DNA of 64,000 nt from assembly GCF_964213995.1 (NCBI RefSeq), contig NC_135808.1, forward strand, positions 7,130,001-7,194,000. Reading direction: 5' to 3'. Both the position numbers and the translations under genes were made by a program. The first letter of the stretch is position 1. The number at the start of each line of letters is the position of its first letter. Positions 25,501 through 39,000 of the stretch are shown one piece after another. The DNA comes from Mustelus asterias. Its lineage: Eukaryota. The notes below the pieces were generated by a model, which made no database searches, was not told the origin of the DNA, and saw only the letters and a list, made by a program, of their open reading frames with translations.

Positions 25501-27110
25501 GCTCACCACCACATTCTGAAGGACAATTAGGGGTGGGGAACAAATGTTGGTTTGGCCTGGTATATGACGGGCCATGAGGTTATAGATTGTGGTTGAATAC
25601 AATTCTGCTGTTGCTAATGGTCGACAGCACCTCATGGTTGTCCCACCTTTAGTTGCTAGATCTGCTTGAAGTCTATCCCACATAGATGCATCTATGGCAG
25701 ACAAGTTGGTGAGGATGAAGTCATGTTTTTCCCTCCTTTAGGTTCACTCACCACTTGCCACAGTCGTAGTGTAGCAGCTTTGTCCTTTAGCACCCGATCT
25801 ATGGTGTTGCTACCAAGCCACTTTTGATGATGGACATGGAAATCCTCCACCAAGAGTACATTCTGTGCCTTTCCCATCCTCAGTGCTTCTTCCGAGTGGT
25901 GTTCAACCTGCCTTTGAGACAGGACATGCCCAGGAATGGCGATGGTGGTGTCTGGGATATTATCTGATATGTATGATTCCGAGTGTGTGACCATGTGACT
26001 AGTCTGTGAGATAGTTCTCTTCATTTGAATTGGAATTTAAATTCAATCACTAAAATCTGGAATATGCATCACTCCTCGGTAATGCTGACCATTGCAACTG
26101 GGTTCAAACCCACCTGGCTCACTTATCATAGAATCCCTACAGTGCAGAAGGAGGCCATTCGGCCCATCAAGTCTGCACCGACCACAATCTCACCCAGGCC
26201 CTATTCCCGTAACCCCACATTTTTTCCCTGCTAACACTCCTGAAACTAGGGTCAATCTAGCACGGCCAATCAACCTAAATCCGTACATCTTTGGACTGTG
26301 GGAGGAAACCGGAGCACCCGGAGGAAACCCATGCAGACACGGGGAGAATGTACAAATTCCACACAGACAGTGACCCAAGGCCGGGAATTGAATCCGGGTT
26401 CCTGGTGCTGTGAGGCAGCAGTGCTGACCACTGTGCCACTGTTCCTTTAGGGAAGGAAATCTGCCTTCCTTCCCTGGTCTGGCCTACACGTGACTCCAGA
26501 CCCACAGCAATATGGTTGATTTTTAACTGCGCTCTTAGCAACCCACTCAGCTCAATGGGCAGTTAGGGGTGGGTAACAAGTGCTGGCAATGCCAAGCAAT
26601 GCTCATACCCCATGACAGAATAAAGAGGCAAATGAGGCTGAATTTGGATTATGTCCCAACCAACAAAATGCAGTTTTTGAACATTCTGATCAAGCAAAGG
26701 ATCTGTTTATTTTTTCAAACGGCATGTCACCTTCAAATGTGTGTTTGCATCAAAGCCGAGGTCTCACTGCTCCTGCATTCCTTATTAAAAACTCTATCAT
26801 GTGATATATATATCTATATCGTCTCTCCACAAGCTCGTCCAATGTGTCATTTTTGGATGAAGATCCGCATCATTGAGTTCTTCTTTTGTGTTGGTTTCGG
26901 AACCAGCACAGATCTCCTTCCCATGGGGCTTGGTTTAATGAAAGGGAAGTGACCCGCTCATGTATTCCCCAGGAGTTATTTTAAACAGGAAGCGACACAT
27001 TGGTGGTCAACACACCCTATTTCGACCACATTGCTTTCAATGTAATCATAGCTCCCTACAATGCAGAAGGAGACCATTTGGCCCATCAAGTCTGCATCAA
27101 CTCTGTGACA

Positions 27111-27432
27111 GAACAAAGAACAAAGAACAATACACTACAGGAACAGGCCCTTTGGCCCTCCAAGCCTGCGCCACTCATGTGCCCACTAGACCATTTGTTT
27201 GTATCCCTCTATTCCCAGTCTGTTCATGTGGCTATCTAGATAAGTCTCAAACGATCCCAGCGTGTCCGCCTCAATCACCTTGCTTGGAAGTGCATTCCAG
27301 GCCCCCACCACCCTCTGTGTAAAATACGTCCCCCTGACATCTGTGTTGAACCTTGCCCCCCTCACCTTGAACCCGTGACCCCTTGTGTTCGTCACCTCCA
27401 ACCTGTGAAAAAGCTTCCCACTGTTCACTCTA
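27111..27432 (-). mobile_element. CR1 3' end with (GAACAAA)n tail
   Basis: TRGH.FK..FTQRVVGAWNALP peptide. Confidence 0.85.
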
Positions 27433-27436
27433 CCGA

Positions 27437-30320
27437 TAGAAACATAGAAAAACTACAGCACAAAACAGGCCCTTCGGCCCCACAAGTTGTGCCGAACATA
27501 TCCCTACCTTTTAGGCCTACCTATAACCCTCCATCCTATTAAGTCCCATGTACTCATCCAGGAGTCTCTTTAAAGACCCTATTGAGTTTGCCTCCACCAC
27601 CACTGATGGCAGCCGATTCCACTTGCCCACCACCCTCTGTGTGAAAAATTTTACCCGAACATTTCCCCTGTACCTATCCCCAGCACCTTAAACCTGTGTC
27701 CTCTCGTGGCAGCCATTTCCACCCTGGGAAAAAGCCTCTGAGACTCCACCCGATCTATGCCTCTCAATATCGTATATACCTTTATTAGGTCTCCTCTCAT
27801 CCTACATCTCTCCAAGGAGAAAAGACCGAGCTCCCTCAGCCTATCCTCATAAGGCATGCCACTCAATCCAGGCAACATCCTTGTAAATCTCCTCTGCATC
27901 CTTTCAATCTTTTCCACATCCTTCCTGTAATGAGGCGACCAGAACTGAGCACAGTACTCCAAGTGGGGTCTGACGAGGGTCTTATATAGCTGCATTATTA
28001 TCCCCGGACTCCTAAACTCAATCCCTCAATTGATAAAGGCCAGCACACCATACGCCTTCTTAACCATCTCCTCCACCTGCGGGGCCGATTTTAGAGTCCT
28101 ATGGACCCGGACCCCAAGGTCCTTCTGATCCTCTACAGTGCTAAGAGTCTTTCCCTTTATATTGTACTCCTTCATCCCATTTGACCTGCCAAAATGGACC
28201 ACTACGCATTTATCTGGGTTGAAGTCCATCTGCCACTTCTCCGCCCAGCCTTGCATCCTATCTATGTCCCTCTGTAACTTCTGACATCCCTCCAGACTAT
28301 CCACAACCCCACCAACCTTTGTGTCGTCGGCAAACTTACCAACCCATCCCTCCACTTCCTCATCCAGGTCATTTATGAAAATGACAAACAGCAAGGGTCC
28401 CAGAACAGGTCCCTGGGGCACACCACTGGTGACTGACCTCCATTTAGAAAAAGACCCATCTATACCCACTCTCTGCCTCCTTTAGACAAGCCAGTTCTGG
28501 ATCCACAGGGCAGCAGCCCCTTGGATCCCATGCCCTCTCACCTTTTCTAGAAGCCTTGCATGGGGGACCTTATCGAACGCCTTGCTAAAATCCATATAAA
28601 CCACATCTACCGCTTTCCCTTCGTCAATGTGTTTAGTCACATTTTCTAAGAACTCCACCAGGCTCATAAGGCACGATCTGCCTTTGACAAAGCCATGCCG
28701 AGTATTCTTGAGCATACTAAACCTCTCTAAATGCTCATAAATCTTGTCCCTCAGGATCTTCTCCATCAGCTTACCAACCACTGAGGTTAGACTCACCGGT
28801 CAGTAATTTCCTGGGCTATCCCTATTCCCCTTCTTGAAAATAGGAACCGCATCCGCAATCCTCCAACCCTCCATCTCTCCCGTCTCCATCGACGACACAA
28901 AGATCATTGCCAGAGGCTCTGCAATCTCTTCCCTCGCCTCCCACAGTAACCTGGGGTACATCCCATCCAGACCTGGCGACTTATCTATCTTGATGCCATT
29001 CAAAGATTCCAGCACAACCTCTTTGTTAAAGTCCACATACGCAATCTTTTCAGTCCACCGCAAGCCCGCAGTACATCCACCCAGGTCCTTCTCCTCTGTG
29101 AAAACCGAGGCAAAATACTCATTAAGCACCTCTGCCATTTCTACTGGTTCTGTACAGATTTTCCCGCCTTCATCTTTTATAGGCCCTATTCCTTCACGTC
29201 TCATCCTTTCACTCTTCACATATTTATAGAACGCCTTAGGGTTTTCCTTAATCCTACCTGACAAGGCCTTCTCCTGACCCCTTCTGGCTCTCCTAATTTC
29301 CTTCTTTAGTCCCTTCCTACAAGCCGTATACTCATCTAGATCCCTATCTTTGCCAAGCTCTCTGAACCTTTTGTACGCTTTCCTTTTCTTCTCGACTCGG
29401 TCCCGCACAGCTTTCACGCACCACGGTACCATTAACCTACCAACTCCTCCCCGTCTGCTCGGAACATTGTCCTGTAGAGCTCTAGACAGACATTCCTTGA
29501 AAAACTGCCACCTCGCTTCAGTACATTTCCCCGAGAATACCTTCTTCCAATTTACTCCTCTAATTTGCTGCCTTATGTCTTCATATTTCCCCTTACTCCA
29601 TATAAACACTTTCCTAGCTTGCCTGATCCTCTCTTTTTCCAATGCAAGCATAAAGGAGATAGAGTTATGATCGCTATCCCCAAGATGCTCTCCCACTGAG
29701 AGATCTGACACCTGTCCAGGTTCATTGGTCAGTATCAGATCAAGTACAGCCTCTCCTCTTGTAGGCTTGTCCACATGCTGTGTCAGGAAACCCCCCTGAA
29801 CACAACTAATGAACTCCTCCCCATCCAATCCCCTTACCCTAGGGATATTCCAATCTATGTTTGGGAAATTAAAGTCTCCCATCACAACTCTGCTATTATT
29901 GCAACTCTCCAGGATCTGTTTCCCTATCTGCTCCTCCACCTTCCTGTTACTATTGGGCGGCCTATAGAAAACTCCCAGCAAAGCGATCGACCTCTTCCCA
30001 CTCCGAACTTCCACCCACAGAGACTCTGTAGACAATCCCTCCACAGCATAAACCTTCTCTACAGCTGTGACACTATCCCTGATCAGCAGTGCCACTCCAC
30101 CCCCTCTCTTGCCTCCCTCCCTGTCCTTCCTGAAACATATGAATCCCGGCACCTGGAGTATCCAGTCCTGTCCCTGAGACATCCAAGTGTCCGTAATGGC
30201 CACCACATCACACTTCCAGGCATCGATCCACGCTCTGGGCTTATCCCCTTTTTTCACTATACTCCTGGCATTGAAGTAAACACATCTCAATCCTTTGGTC
30301 TGAGCTCTCCCCTTCTTTAT
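27437..30320 (-). pseudogene. Near-complete CR1 ORF2 (AP endonuclease + reverse transcriptase), broken by a few stops and frameshifts
   Basis: YFNARSI, GDFN, SDH, YMDFSKAFDKVPH, GVPQG and FADDTK across consecutive ORFs 30290-27651; 3' tail near 27437. Confidence 0.93.
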
Positions 30321-30369
30321 CCCCCATCCATCCTCCCTCTTGCACTGTCTATAACCCTTCTCTGTTTGC

Positions 30370-31045
30370 TATCTATGCCCTTCATAATTTTATACACCTC
30401 TATTAGGTCGCCCCTCATCCTCTGTCTTTCCAGGGAGAACAACCCCAGTTTACCCAATCTCTCCTCATAGCTAAGACCCTCCATACCAGGCAACATCCTG
30501 GTAAACCTTCTCTGTACTCTCTCCAAAGCCTCCACGTCCTTCTGGTAGTGTGGTGACCAGAACTGGACGCAGTATTCCAAATGTGGCCTCACCATTGTTC
30601 TATACAGCTGCAACATCATATGCCAACTTTTATATTCTATGCCCCATCCAATAAAGGCAAGCATGCCATATGCCTTCTTGACCACCCTCTCCACCTGTGC
30701 TGCCACCTTTAAGGATCTGTGGACTTGTACACCCAGGTCCCTCTGTGTGCCTATACTCCTGATGGTTCTGCCATTTATTGTATAGCTCCCCTTTACACTC
30801 GATCTACCGAAATGCATCACTTCGCATTTGTCTGGATTAAATTCCATCTGCCATTTCTCCGCCCAATGTTCCAGCCTATCTATATCCTGCTCAATTCTCT
30901 GACAATGTTCATTACTATCCGCAACTCCAGCAATCTTTGTGTCGTCCACAAACTTACTGATCACACCAACTACATCTTCCTTCAAATCATTTATATATAT
31001 CACAAACAGCAGAGGTCCCAGTACAGAGCCCTGCAGAACACCAGA
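30370..31045 (-). mobile_element. CR1 RT fragment
   Basis: QGSVLGPLLFVIYINDL..FVDDTK peptide. Confidence 0.88.
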
Positions 31046-31109
31046 ATATCTTAACCAGTCCCACCACCCCATCCTATCGCCGTAACCCCACACATTTACC
31101 ATGGCTAAT

Positions 31110-31540
31110 CCATGTAAGCTACTCATCTTGGGAAACTAAAGGGCAATTTAGCATGGCCAATCCACCTAACCTGCACATCTTTGGAAACAAAGGGGCTAAT
31201 TTAGCATGGCCAATCCACCTAACCTGCACATCTTTGGACTGTGGTAAGAAACTGGAGAACCCGGAGGAAACCCACAGGGAGAACATGCAAGCTCCACACA
31301 GACAGTCACCTAAAGGCCAGAATTGAAAACTAAGGGGCAATTTAGCATGGCCAATCCACCTAACCGGCATATCTTTGGAGACTAAGGGGCTTTTTTAGCA
31401 GGGCCAATCCACCGAACCCGCACATCTTTGGACTGTAGTAGGAATCTGGAGCACCCCGAGGAAACCCACGGGACAATGTGCAAACTCCACTTAAGACAGT
31501 CACCCAAGGCCAGAATTGAACCTGGGTCCCTGCTGCTGTG
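31110..31540 (-). repeat. V-SINE with multiple internal tandem duplications
   Basis: gcatggccaatccacctaacc repeated about four times. Confidence 0.8.
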
Positions 31541-33181
31541 AGGACATTAGTGAACCAGATGGGTTTTTCCGACAATTGACAATGGCTTCATTGTGATCAG
31601 CAAACAGCTCAAATTCATTGACAGGCCCAGTGGCAGGATGCAGGGGAGTCGACACTTGCAGTTGTTGCAGAGAATTCAAGTACAAGAAAGTTACAGGGCG
31701 CCGAGTTCATAAGAGGATAAGGACCTGTGGCAGCATTTCCCCTTAATTTACATTAAAAATACCAGCCGCTTATTTGAAATGTGATACACACTTAACCTGC
31801 ATGCTGCTTTCCAGCTAATTGAGAAAATTAACTAATGAGTCTTTCCCTTCAAGAGTGACGGGAACCAGATAGCGGCTGCAACAGCAACTCTTGTGGTACA
31901 ATTATTGACATCTGCTGGCAATATTGTGGTACGACAGCATACAGCCGCCCAGTTCACAATATTCTCCCAAATGGACGTTTTGCTTTGTAGAAATGCCCAA
32001 ATAAAGCAGCTACTTGACATTGCATAACACGATACAATATTATTATTCTATACCACTTGACACATTACATACGTATAACTCCTGGGGCGGCACAGTGGTT
32101 AGCACTGCTGCCTCACAGTGCCAGGGACCCGGCTTCAATACCCGGCTTGGATCACTGTCTGTGCAGACACCTTCTCCCCTGTGTTTGCGTGGGTTTCCTC
32201 CGGGTGCTCCGGTTTCATCACACAGTCCGAAAGGAGTGCTAGTTAGGTGCATTGGCCACGCTAAATTCTCCCTCAGTGTACCTGAACAGGCGGAGGAGTG
32301 CAGTGACTAGGGGATTTTCACAGTAACTTCATTTCAGTATTAATGTAAGCCAACTTGCAACACTAATAAATAAAATTTAATTTATTCTTGAAATTTATAT
32401 TCAAGAGATTGATGAATGGCCTGCCCTATATTTGATTCCAGTCGCACATTCAATGGTTGCCTCTCAATGCCCTCTGGACACCATGGATGGGTAGTAAATA
32501 CAGTTTTGTCTACAAGTATGCACCATCAAAAGTCCTCTATACATTCTAATGAGCAATGGATATGTTAACCTCTAACCTTAAAATGAATCTAAGTGGCATT
32601 GAAGTGTAAATGCAATAATTAGAATTATAATTATATTTTCAGTCTTAACCACTTGCTTGAATTAACTTAGTGTGGACCATAGTGAATTGGACAATTGGGT
32701 GATATGATTTCCTGTCAACTATAATTCTACGACGTGGAAAATCTAATCTTGATATCTTAGATCTGATGTCAGAAAAGGGTGCTTGATCCGGCACTTACTG
32801 AGGGTGTGTTGGCAATTACTCAGTTGCATAACAACGTGACAAGAAAAGTGTTACAGGAAATAAACATTACACTCAAATGAAACGAGCACTAATTGGAACA
32901 CTTTTAATATATTCCACATCAAACCTTTAGCAGAAAAAGTGAAAAAAATCTCTCCAGTCACAGAAGCGGGATGCACAATTTCCTCTTAACACGTGGAATA
33001 TTTTAACACATTCACAAAATAATCATTTACTGCTATAATATCGCAACATTTATTCCAGTAAACCAACTTCCTGGTGTAAATCTGTTGAGGCTTGGTAGCT
33101 ACGTACATAAAGAAAGCAATGTAAGGTGCATAGACTGCCGATCCTACACCATTGATCTCATCATGAAGAGACCACAATTAT

Positions 33182-33247
33182 TTAATCTTCTGACAGGAAA
33201 GTCTTTATGAATATTTTCCTGGTCATCCCAGGTAATTGAGAAAAATC
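33182..33247 (-). CDS. Gene B alternative terminal exon candidate (DFSQLPGMTRKIFIKTFLSED*)
   Basis: cttattccag acceptor, open in phase 0, AATAAA at 33054-33049. Confidence 0.3.
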   Translation of the reverse strand, partial: DFSQLPGMTRKIFIKTFLSED

Positions 33248-33502
33248 CTGGAATAAGCGTTCAAATCGATTTCTTCACAATGCAACCCGTTCTGCTGCCT
33301 TACATGATTGACATCCAATGCCGTTCCCAAATAAACATGTAATTACATTCACCCATTCATTTTACAAGCAGGTCATCCACACCATTACTGACTATTCATG
33401 TCAAATGCCGGTACCGAACTGCACTTTTTTTGTTAACATGCAACGGGATCTATTTTAAGTACGGCCTCTTTGCAAAGGTTATAGATGCATCGTTCATTGA
33501 TA

Positions 33503-34560
33503 AAGGCAAAATACTGTGGATGCTGGAATCTGAGACAAAAACAGAAAATGCTGGAAAATCTCAGCAGGTCTGACAGCATCTGCGGAGGGAGAATAAAGCC
33601 AACATTTCGAGTCACCCTTTGTCAGACTTGAAGACAAAGAAAATCGGGCAAGATTTATACTATGAGGACAGTAAGAAGTCTCACAACACCAGGTTAAAGT
33701 CCGACAGGTTTATTTGGAATCACGAGCTTTCGGAGCGCTGCTCCTTCATTAGATGAGTGATTCCAAATAAATTCCACACTCACCTGATGAAAGAGCGGTG
33801 CTCCGAAAACTCGTGATTCCAAATAAACCTGTTGGACTTTAACCTGGTGTTGTGAAACTTATTGTAGCCACCCAGTCCAACGCCCGCATCTCCAAATCTA
33901 TAATATAAGAGTGAGGGGCTTGGGGATGGCTGTAATTGATAGGAATGCCCTAGATGAAAAGACAGGGAATGTAAATGGTGATAAAGGCTGAGAATGGTGC
34001 TAATAGCGTCCATTAAGAGATCGGAATGTGTAAAAAAACAGAACAAAGGTGCAGAGTGTCAAAGGACAACCTAAGGAATGTGACAGTTAGCCGTATTGGG
34101 GTAGGGGTGGGAAACAAGATGGAAAATGAGATTTTAGAAGTGGAAAGATAAAAGTACGGCATGGTGGCAAAGTGATTAGCACTGCTGCCTCACAGCGCCA
34201 GGGACCCACGTCCAATTCTAGCCTCGGGTCACTGTCTGTGTGGAGTGCGTGGGTTGCCTCTGGGTGCTCTGGTTTCCTCCCACAGTCCAAAGATGTACAG
34301 GTTAGGTTGATTGGCCATTCTAAATTGAATCTAATGTCAGGGGGATTAGCAGGGAAAATATATGGGATTACAGGATAGGGACTGGGTGGAATTGCGGTTG
34401 GTGCAGACTCGATGGGCCAAATGGTCTCCTGTTCTGTAGAGATTCTATGATAAAGTAATAAAAATGGATGAATAAGATGACAGGAGGAAATAAAATAGAA
34501 CAAATGGAAACGGGGTGAAAGTGGAGGAGAGAATTCTCGCTCTGAAGTTGCTGAACTCCA
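33503..34560. mobile_element. PLE family 1 remnant (-) containing an inverted family 2 pair (33668-33894) and a V-SINE (34156-34450)
   Basis: Matches to the other PLE terminal repeats in this window. Confidence 0.65.
33780..33816 (+). ncRNA. Minimal hammerhead motif (family 2, slightly degenerate)
   Basis: TCAC-CTGATGA-A-aGAGC ggt GCTCC-GAAA-aCT-C-GTGA. Confidence 0.55.
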
Positions 34561-35419
34561 TTTATTGATGTTGTTTTGAACGGTGGCGGAACATAGATCC
34601 AAAGTTTGGACCAACAAAATAAGCAGCCATTTGTAGATTTCATTTTGATTTATATATTGAAGGGGGCAGATCTATAAGAGGGTCACGAGATAGGGGGTGG
34701 GGGGAGAGGGTGGTGGTTGCGGGGTATAGGCAATAAAATTGAGTTAAGGCCATCAGATCAGCTACAATCTAATTGAATGGTGGAGCACGTTCCAGGGCCA
34801 AATAGCCTACTCCCAATTTTATTTCTAACATTAGTTTCTTAAATACATTAGCAGCTTTCCCCACTGAATACACAGCCCGACATTAATGACAGCATAAATA
34901 CAGAAAAAAAAATGCAACACCACTGCTTGACTTTGCAGCTCACAACATGATGTTCAGTGAGCAATTAGGCCACACTTAATTTAAGCTTCTTCAAACGTCT
35001 CTGGATCAGAAAATGGTAAATATTCGTCTATAATCAAAACAAAATGGCTCACAAACAAACAAAACTTTCATCTTTGGGCAAAATGCAAGTTTACGATGTA
35101 AAGGCAGCAATGTTGGTCACAAGTTCTATGGTGGAGGGTGCGGGTGGGGTTGGAGTGACAGAACTACTCGTTTATTCCAAATGAACTTCCATGCCATTGT
35201 TTCTCAGATTGCCAAACTTCTCATACGAACTTTAGACGTCGTAGATTGCATAATCAGACCTTTATGGCAATCAGGATTCTTGGGCTGAAGGTGTAAAAAA
35301 TGACAGTTAATGCAGGAATGATATTTATCAATCTGCCTCAATGTGTTGCATGCTTATGTCAATATTAACAAAGAGGCGCTTAAAGCTTTACCAAACATTG
35401 GCCACTCTGTACTGTAGAT

Positions 35420-35905
35420 ATAGAAACATAGAAGATAGGAGTAGGAGGAGGCCATTCGGCCCTTCGAGCCTGCTCCGCCATTCATCACGATCATGGCTGA
35501 TCATCCAACTCAATAACCTAATCCTGCTTCCTCCCCATAACCTTTGATCCCATTCGCCCCAAGTGCTATATCCAGCCACCTCTTGAATACATTCACTGTT
35601 TTGGCATCAACAACTTCCTGTGGTAATGAATTCCACAGGCTCACCACTCTTTGGGTGAAGAAATGTCTCCTTACCTCCGTCCTAAATGGTCTACCCTGAA
35701 TCCTCAGACTGTGACCCCTGGTTCTGGACTCCCCCACCATTGGGAATATCCTTCCTGCATCTACCCTTTCTAGTCCTGTTAGAATTTTATAAGTTTCTGT
35801 GAGATCCCCCTCATTTATCTGAACTCCAGCAAAAACAATCCTAACCTAGTCAATCTCTCCTCATACATCAGTCCCGCCATCCCCGGAAGCAGCCTGGTAA
35901 ACCTT
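35420..35905 (-). mobile_element. CR1 3' fragment
   Basis: SRTRGHSL..FFTQRVVSLWNSLP peptide. Confidence 0.85.
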
Positions 35906-36019
35906 GTAGTGCGGATGTTAGCTGAAACTCCACCTTTGTTCTATTCATTCATCCCTGCTGCATTGTGCAGTCTCTTGGCTCTACTATAGGCATCAGAGCA
36001 AAGCTCCAGAACGTTCACA

Positions 36020-36040
36020 CTACAAACCCCCGAAGTCCAT
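36020..36040 (-). CDS. Gene B candidate terminal exon (MDFGGL*)
   Basis: Nearest strong acceptor (gatttctgtcctgcctcag), phase 0; AATAAA at 35176-35171. Confidence 0.45.
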   Translation of the reverse strand: MDFGGL

Positions 36041-39000
36041 CTGAGGCAGGACAGAAATCACAAACCACGTGGTCCACCATTGTGCTTGGGCTTCACACCG
36101 TGGATACCACCCTCTTGAAAATTCAACTTAAGTGGAAAGACCAAATCTCTTGCATGGATGATTGCAGAATCCCCAATCAAATCTCCAATGACTCAGGGTA
36201 AACAACATCAAGGAGGTCAGTACTTGCGACATAAGGACACAGTTAAAAAATAATTTGTACTCCCCGCATCTGCTGCTGTCAGTCTTGGGTCTTGTTCTTA
36301 CATTTTGCTTTCAGAAAGCCTTATCCCCTTCCTGCTATTAACACATTCTGCTATTTTGTTTTCAGATAGTACTGACCTTTACTCTGCTATTAGCACCTGC
36401 TTTAGTCTTTAATACTGGCAATAGCACTCCCTTTGTCTTGTGTCCAATTACATCTTGATCACTTAATCTCTCCTGATCTCCAACATATCCTTGGCCTATT
36501 TTATTCCACCTGCATCCCCCCTCCAAATTTTTGTAACTGCATATAGCCCACCACATTTCTGTTTCTACTCATTTATGATGAAGAGTCGTAGCAGACCACA
36601 TTTCATGGGAAAACACCGCGAGCAATGAAGATTGCTTCAACGTGCTTTAAGGACAATCTACGTCAAACTCACAGCATTCGATGTGCCCAGTGGTGAGACA
36701 GCTGTAGGATGATATTTCGCTTGCACTCGCCTTCGCTAGAACATTGTTGCATGCCGAGAATGCAATACTTCGATCAAAACAACTTTTAAATTCCAGAGAA
36801 TATAACCCCACAATGTGTAATGTTTCCTCATAATCAAACCTTTGGAGTCTAGGCATGCTGCATTTCTTCCAAGGCCAATATATCCTTCATAACAATATTC
36901 CAGTTAGAGGCAAACATCAGTTGTGTATGATTCCAACTCCCCAGCATGTCTCTCGTGATCGCATTTCTGTACTGGTCCTGGTACCGTATCTCCATGGAGC
37001 CCAACACAAGCTGAAGGAACAGAGCCTCATCTTCCAAATAGGCACTCTACAGCTTTCTGGACTCAACATTGAGCTTAATAACTTTAGACCACGAAATCTT
37101 TCCATCATTTGGACTCCCGGCACCCACCACTGCCAATCTGGGTCTTGTTCTCATGTTTCACTTTCAGAAAGCTTTATCCCCCTTTCCAGCTATTAACACA
37201 TTCTGCTATTTTGTTTTACTCCGCTATTAGCACCTGCTTTAGTCTTTAATACTGGCATTAGCGCTCCCTTTGTCTTGTATTCAATTACATCTTGATCATT
37301 TAATCTCTCCTGATCTCCAATCTATCCCTGGCCTATTTTATTTCACCTGCACGTCCCTCTCCAAACTTTTTTAAATGCATATAGCCCACCACATTTCTGT
37401 TTCTACCCATTTCTGATGGAGTCATGTTAGACTCGAAACAACGTTCCTCACTCCACGGACACTGCCAGACCTATTGACTTTTTCCATCATTCATTGGTCA
37501 TATTAATGGGATAAGGAATGTGATCTGTTTTGGGGTCTCTATCATTGACTGGACCCATTGGTTCATTGAATGTGGAATAGAAAGCCATGTACCCAAGTTT
37601 GCCAATTGCACAAATCTGTGTAATTAGCATCATAAGCAGTGCAGATGGAGGTGCAACATTGCAAAACGATATTAGAAGATTAGACAAATGCGAAAACCTG
37701 TATTTCAACACAATTATATGAGAGGTTATTCACTTTGGAATTGAAGATGATAAAACAACACTTTCTAAATAGTGGAAAGTTAGTGTGCCCAAAAAGACTT
37801 GAGGTAACAGATACAAAGACAGGATGTTGTCACGAGCAGGCAAAGGGAATAATTAAAGAGGTTAATGGGATGTTTTCATACCTAGAGCACAAGAACATTA
37901 CAGAACCAGGAACAAAGAACAAAGAAAAGTACAGCACAGGAACAAGTCCTTCGGCCCTCCAACCCCTTGCTGATCATGATGCCCCAACTAAACTTAAAGA
38001 AAACCTTCTGCCCTTACTCGGTCTGTATCCCTCTATTCCCTCCCTATTCATGTACCCATCCGGATGCCTCTTAAATGTTGCTAATGTGTCTGCTTCCACT
38101 ACCATCTCTGGCAGTGCATTCCAGGCACCCACCACTCTCTGTATGAAAAACATTCCCCGCACATCTCCCTTAAACTTTCTCCTCTCATCTTGAACCTGTG
38201 CCCCCTTGTAATTGATACTTCCACCCTGGGAAAATAGCCTCTGACTATCCACCCTGTCTACGCCTCTCATAATTTTGTAGACCTTTATCATGTCTCCCCT
38301 CAGCCTCCGTCTTTCCAGTGAAAAGAATCCTAGTGCACTCAACCTCTCCTCATAGCCAATACCCTCGGGAACAGGAAGCATCCTGGTGAACCTTCCTTTG
38401 AACTCTCTCCAAAGCTTCAACGTCCTTCTGGTAATTAGCACTGCTGCCTCACAGTGCCAGGGTTCGATTCCCGGCTTGGGTCACTGGAGTGTGCACATTC
38501 TCCCCGTGTCTGCATGGGTTTCCTCCAGGTGCTCGGTTTCCTCCCACAGTCTGAAAGACCTGCTGGTGAGATGCAATGACCCGAATAGGTGCCGGAGTGT
38601 GGCGACTAGGAGAATTTCACAGTAACTTCATTGCAGCATTAATGTAGCCTTACTTGTGACTAATAAATAAACTGTACTTTTACTTTAACTTTAGTGTGAC
38701 AATACTGCAAATGCGGCCTAACCAAAGTTTTATACAGTTAGTTAGGAGATAGAAATTATGTTTTACCAATACACAACCCCGGTACAACTGCAACTGGAGC
38801 AGGTCAAGGCACCACACCTCAGGGAGATATATTGACCTTGGAGGGAATGCAGCCTAACTAAAGCTTCAGGATAAAATTACCAGGAAACAGCACAGAAACT
38901 ACGGTTATAATCCATGCAACTGAAAAGGTTTGATTGAAGTCAAAATATTAAAAAGGAACCGATAGGGTAAGGGGAGGGAAACTATTGTCGCTGGTTCGGG

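Noticed and set aside
26800-26930. Minus-strand open frame PHGKEICAGSE...DIYIT* as a gene B tail exon
   Set aside because: Weak AAG acceptor, and better candidates lie closer to exon 4.
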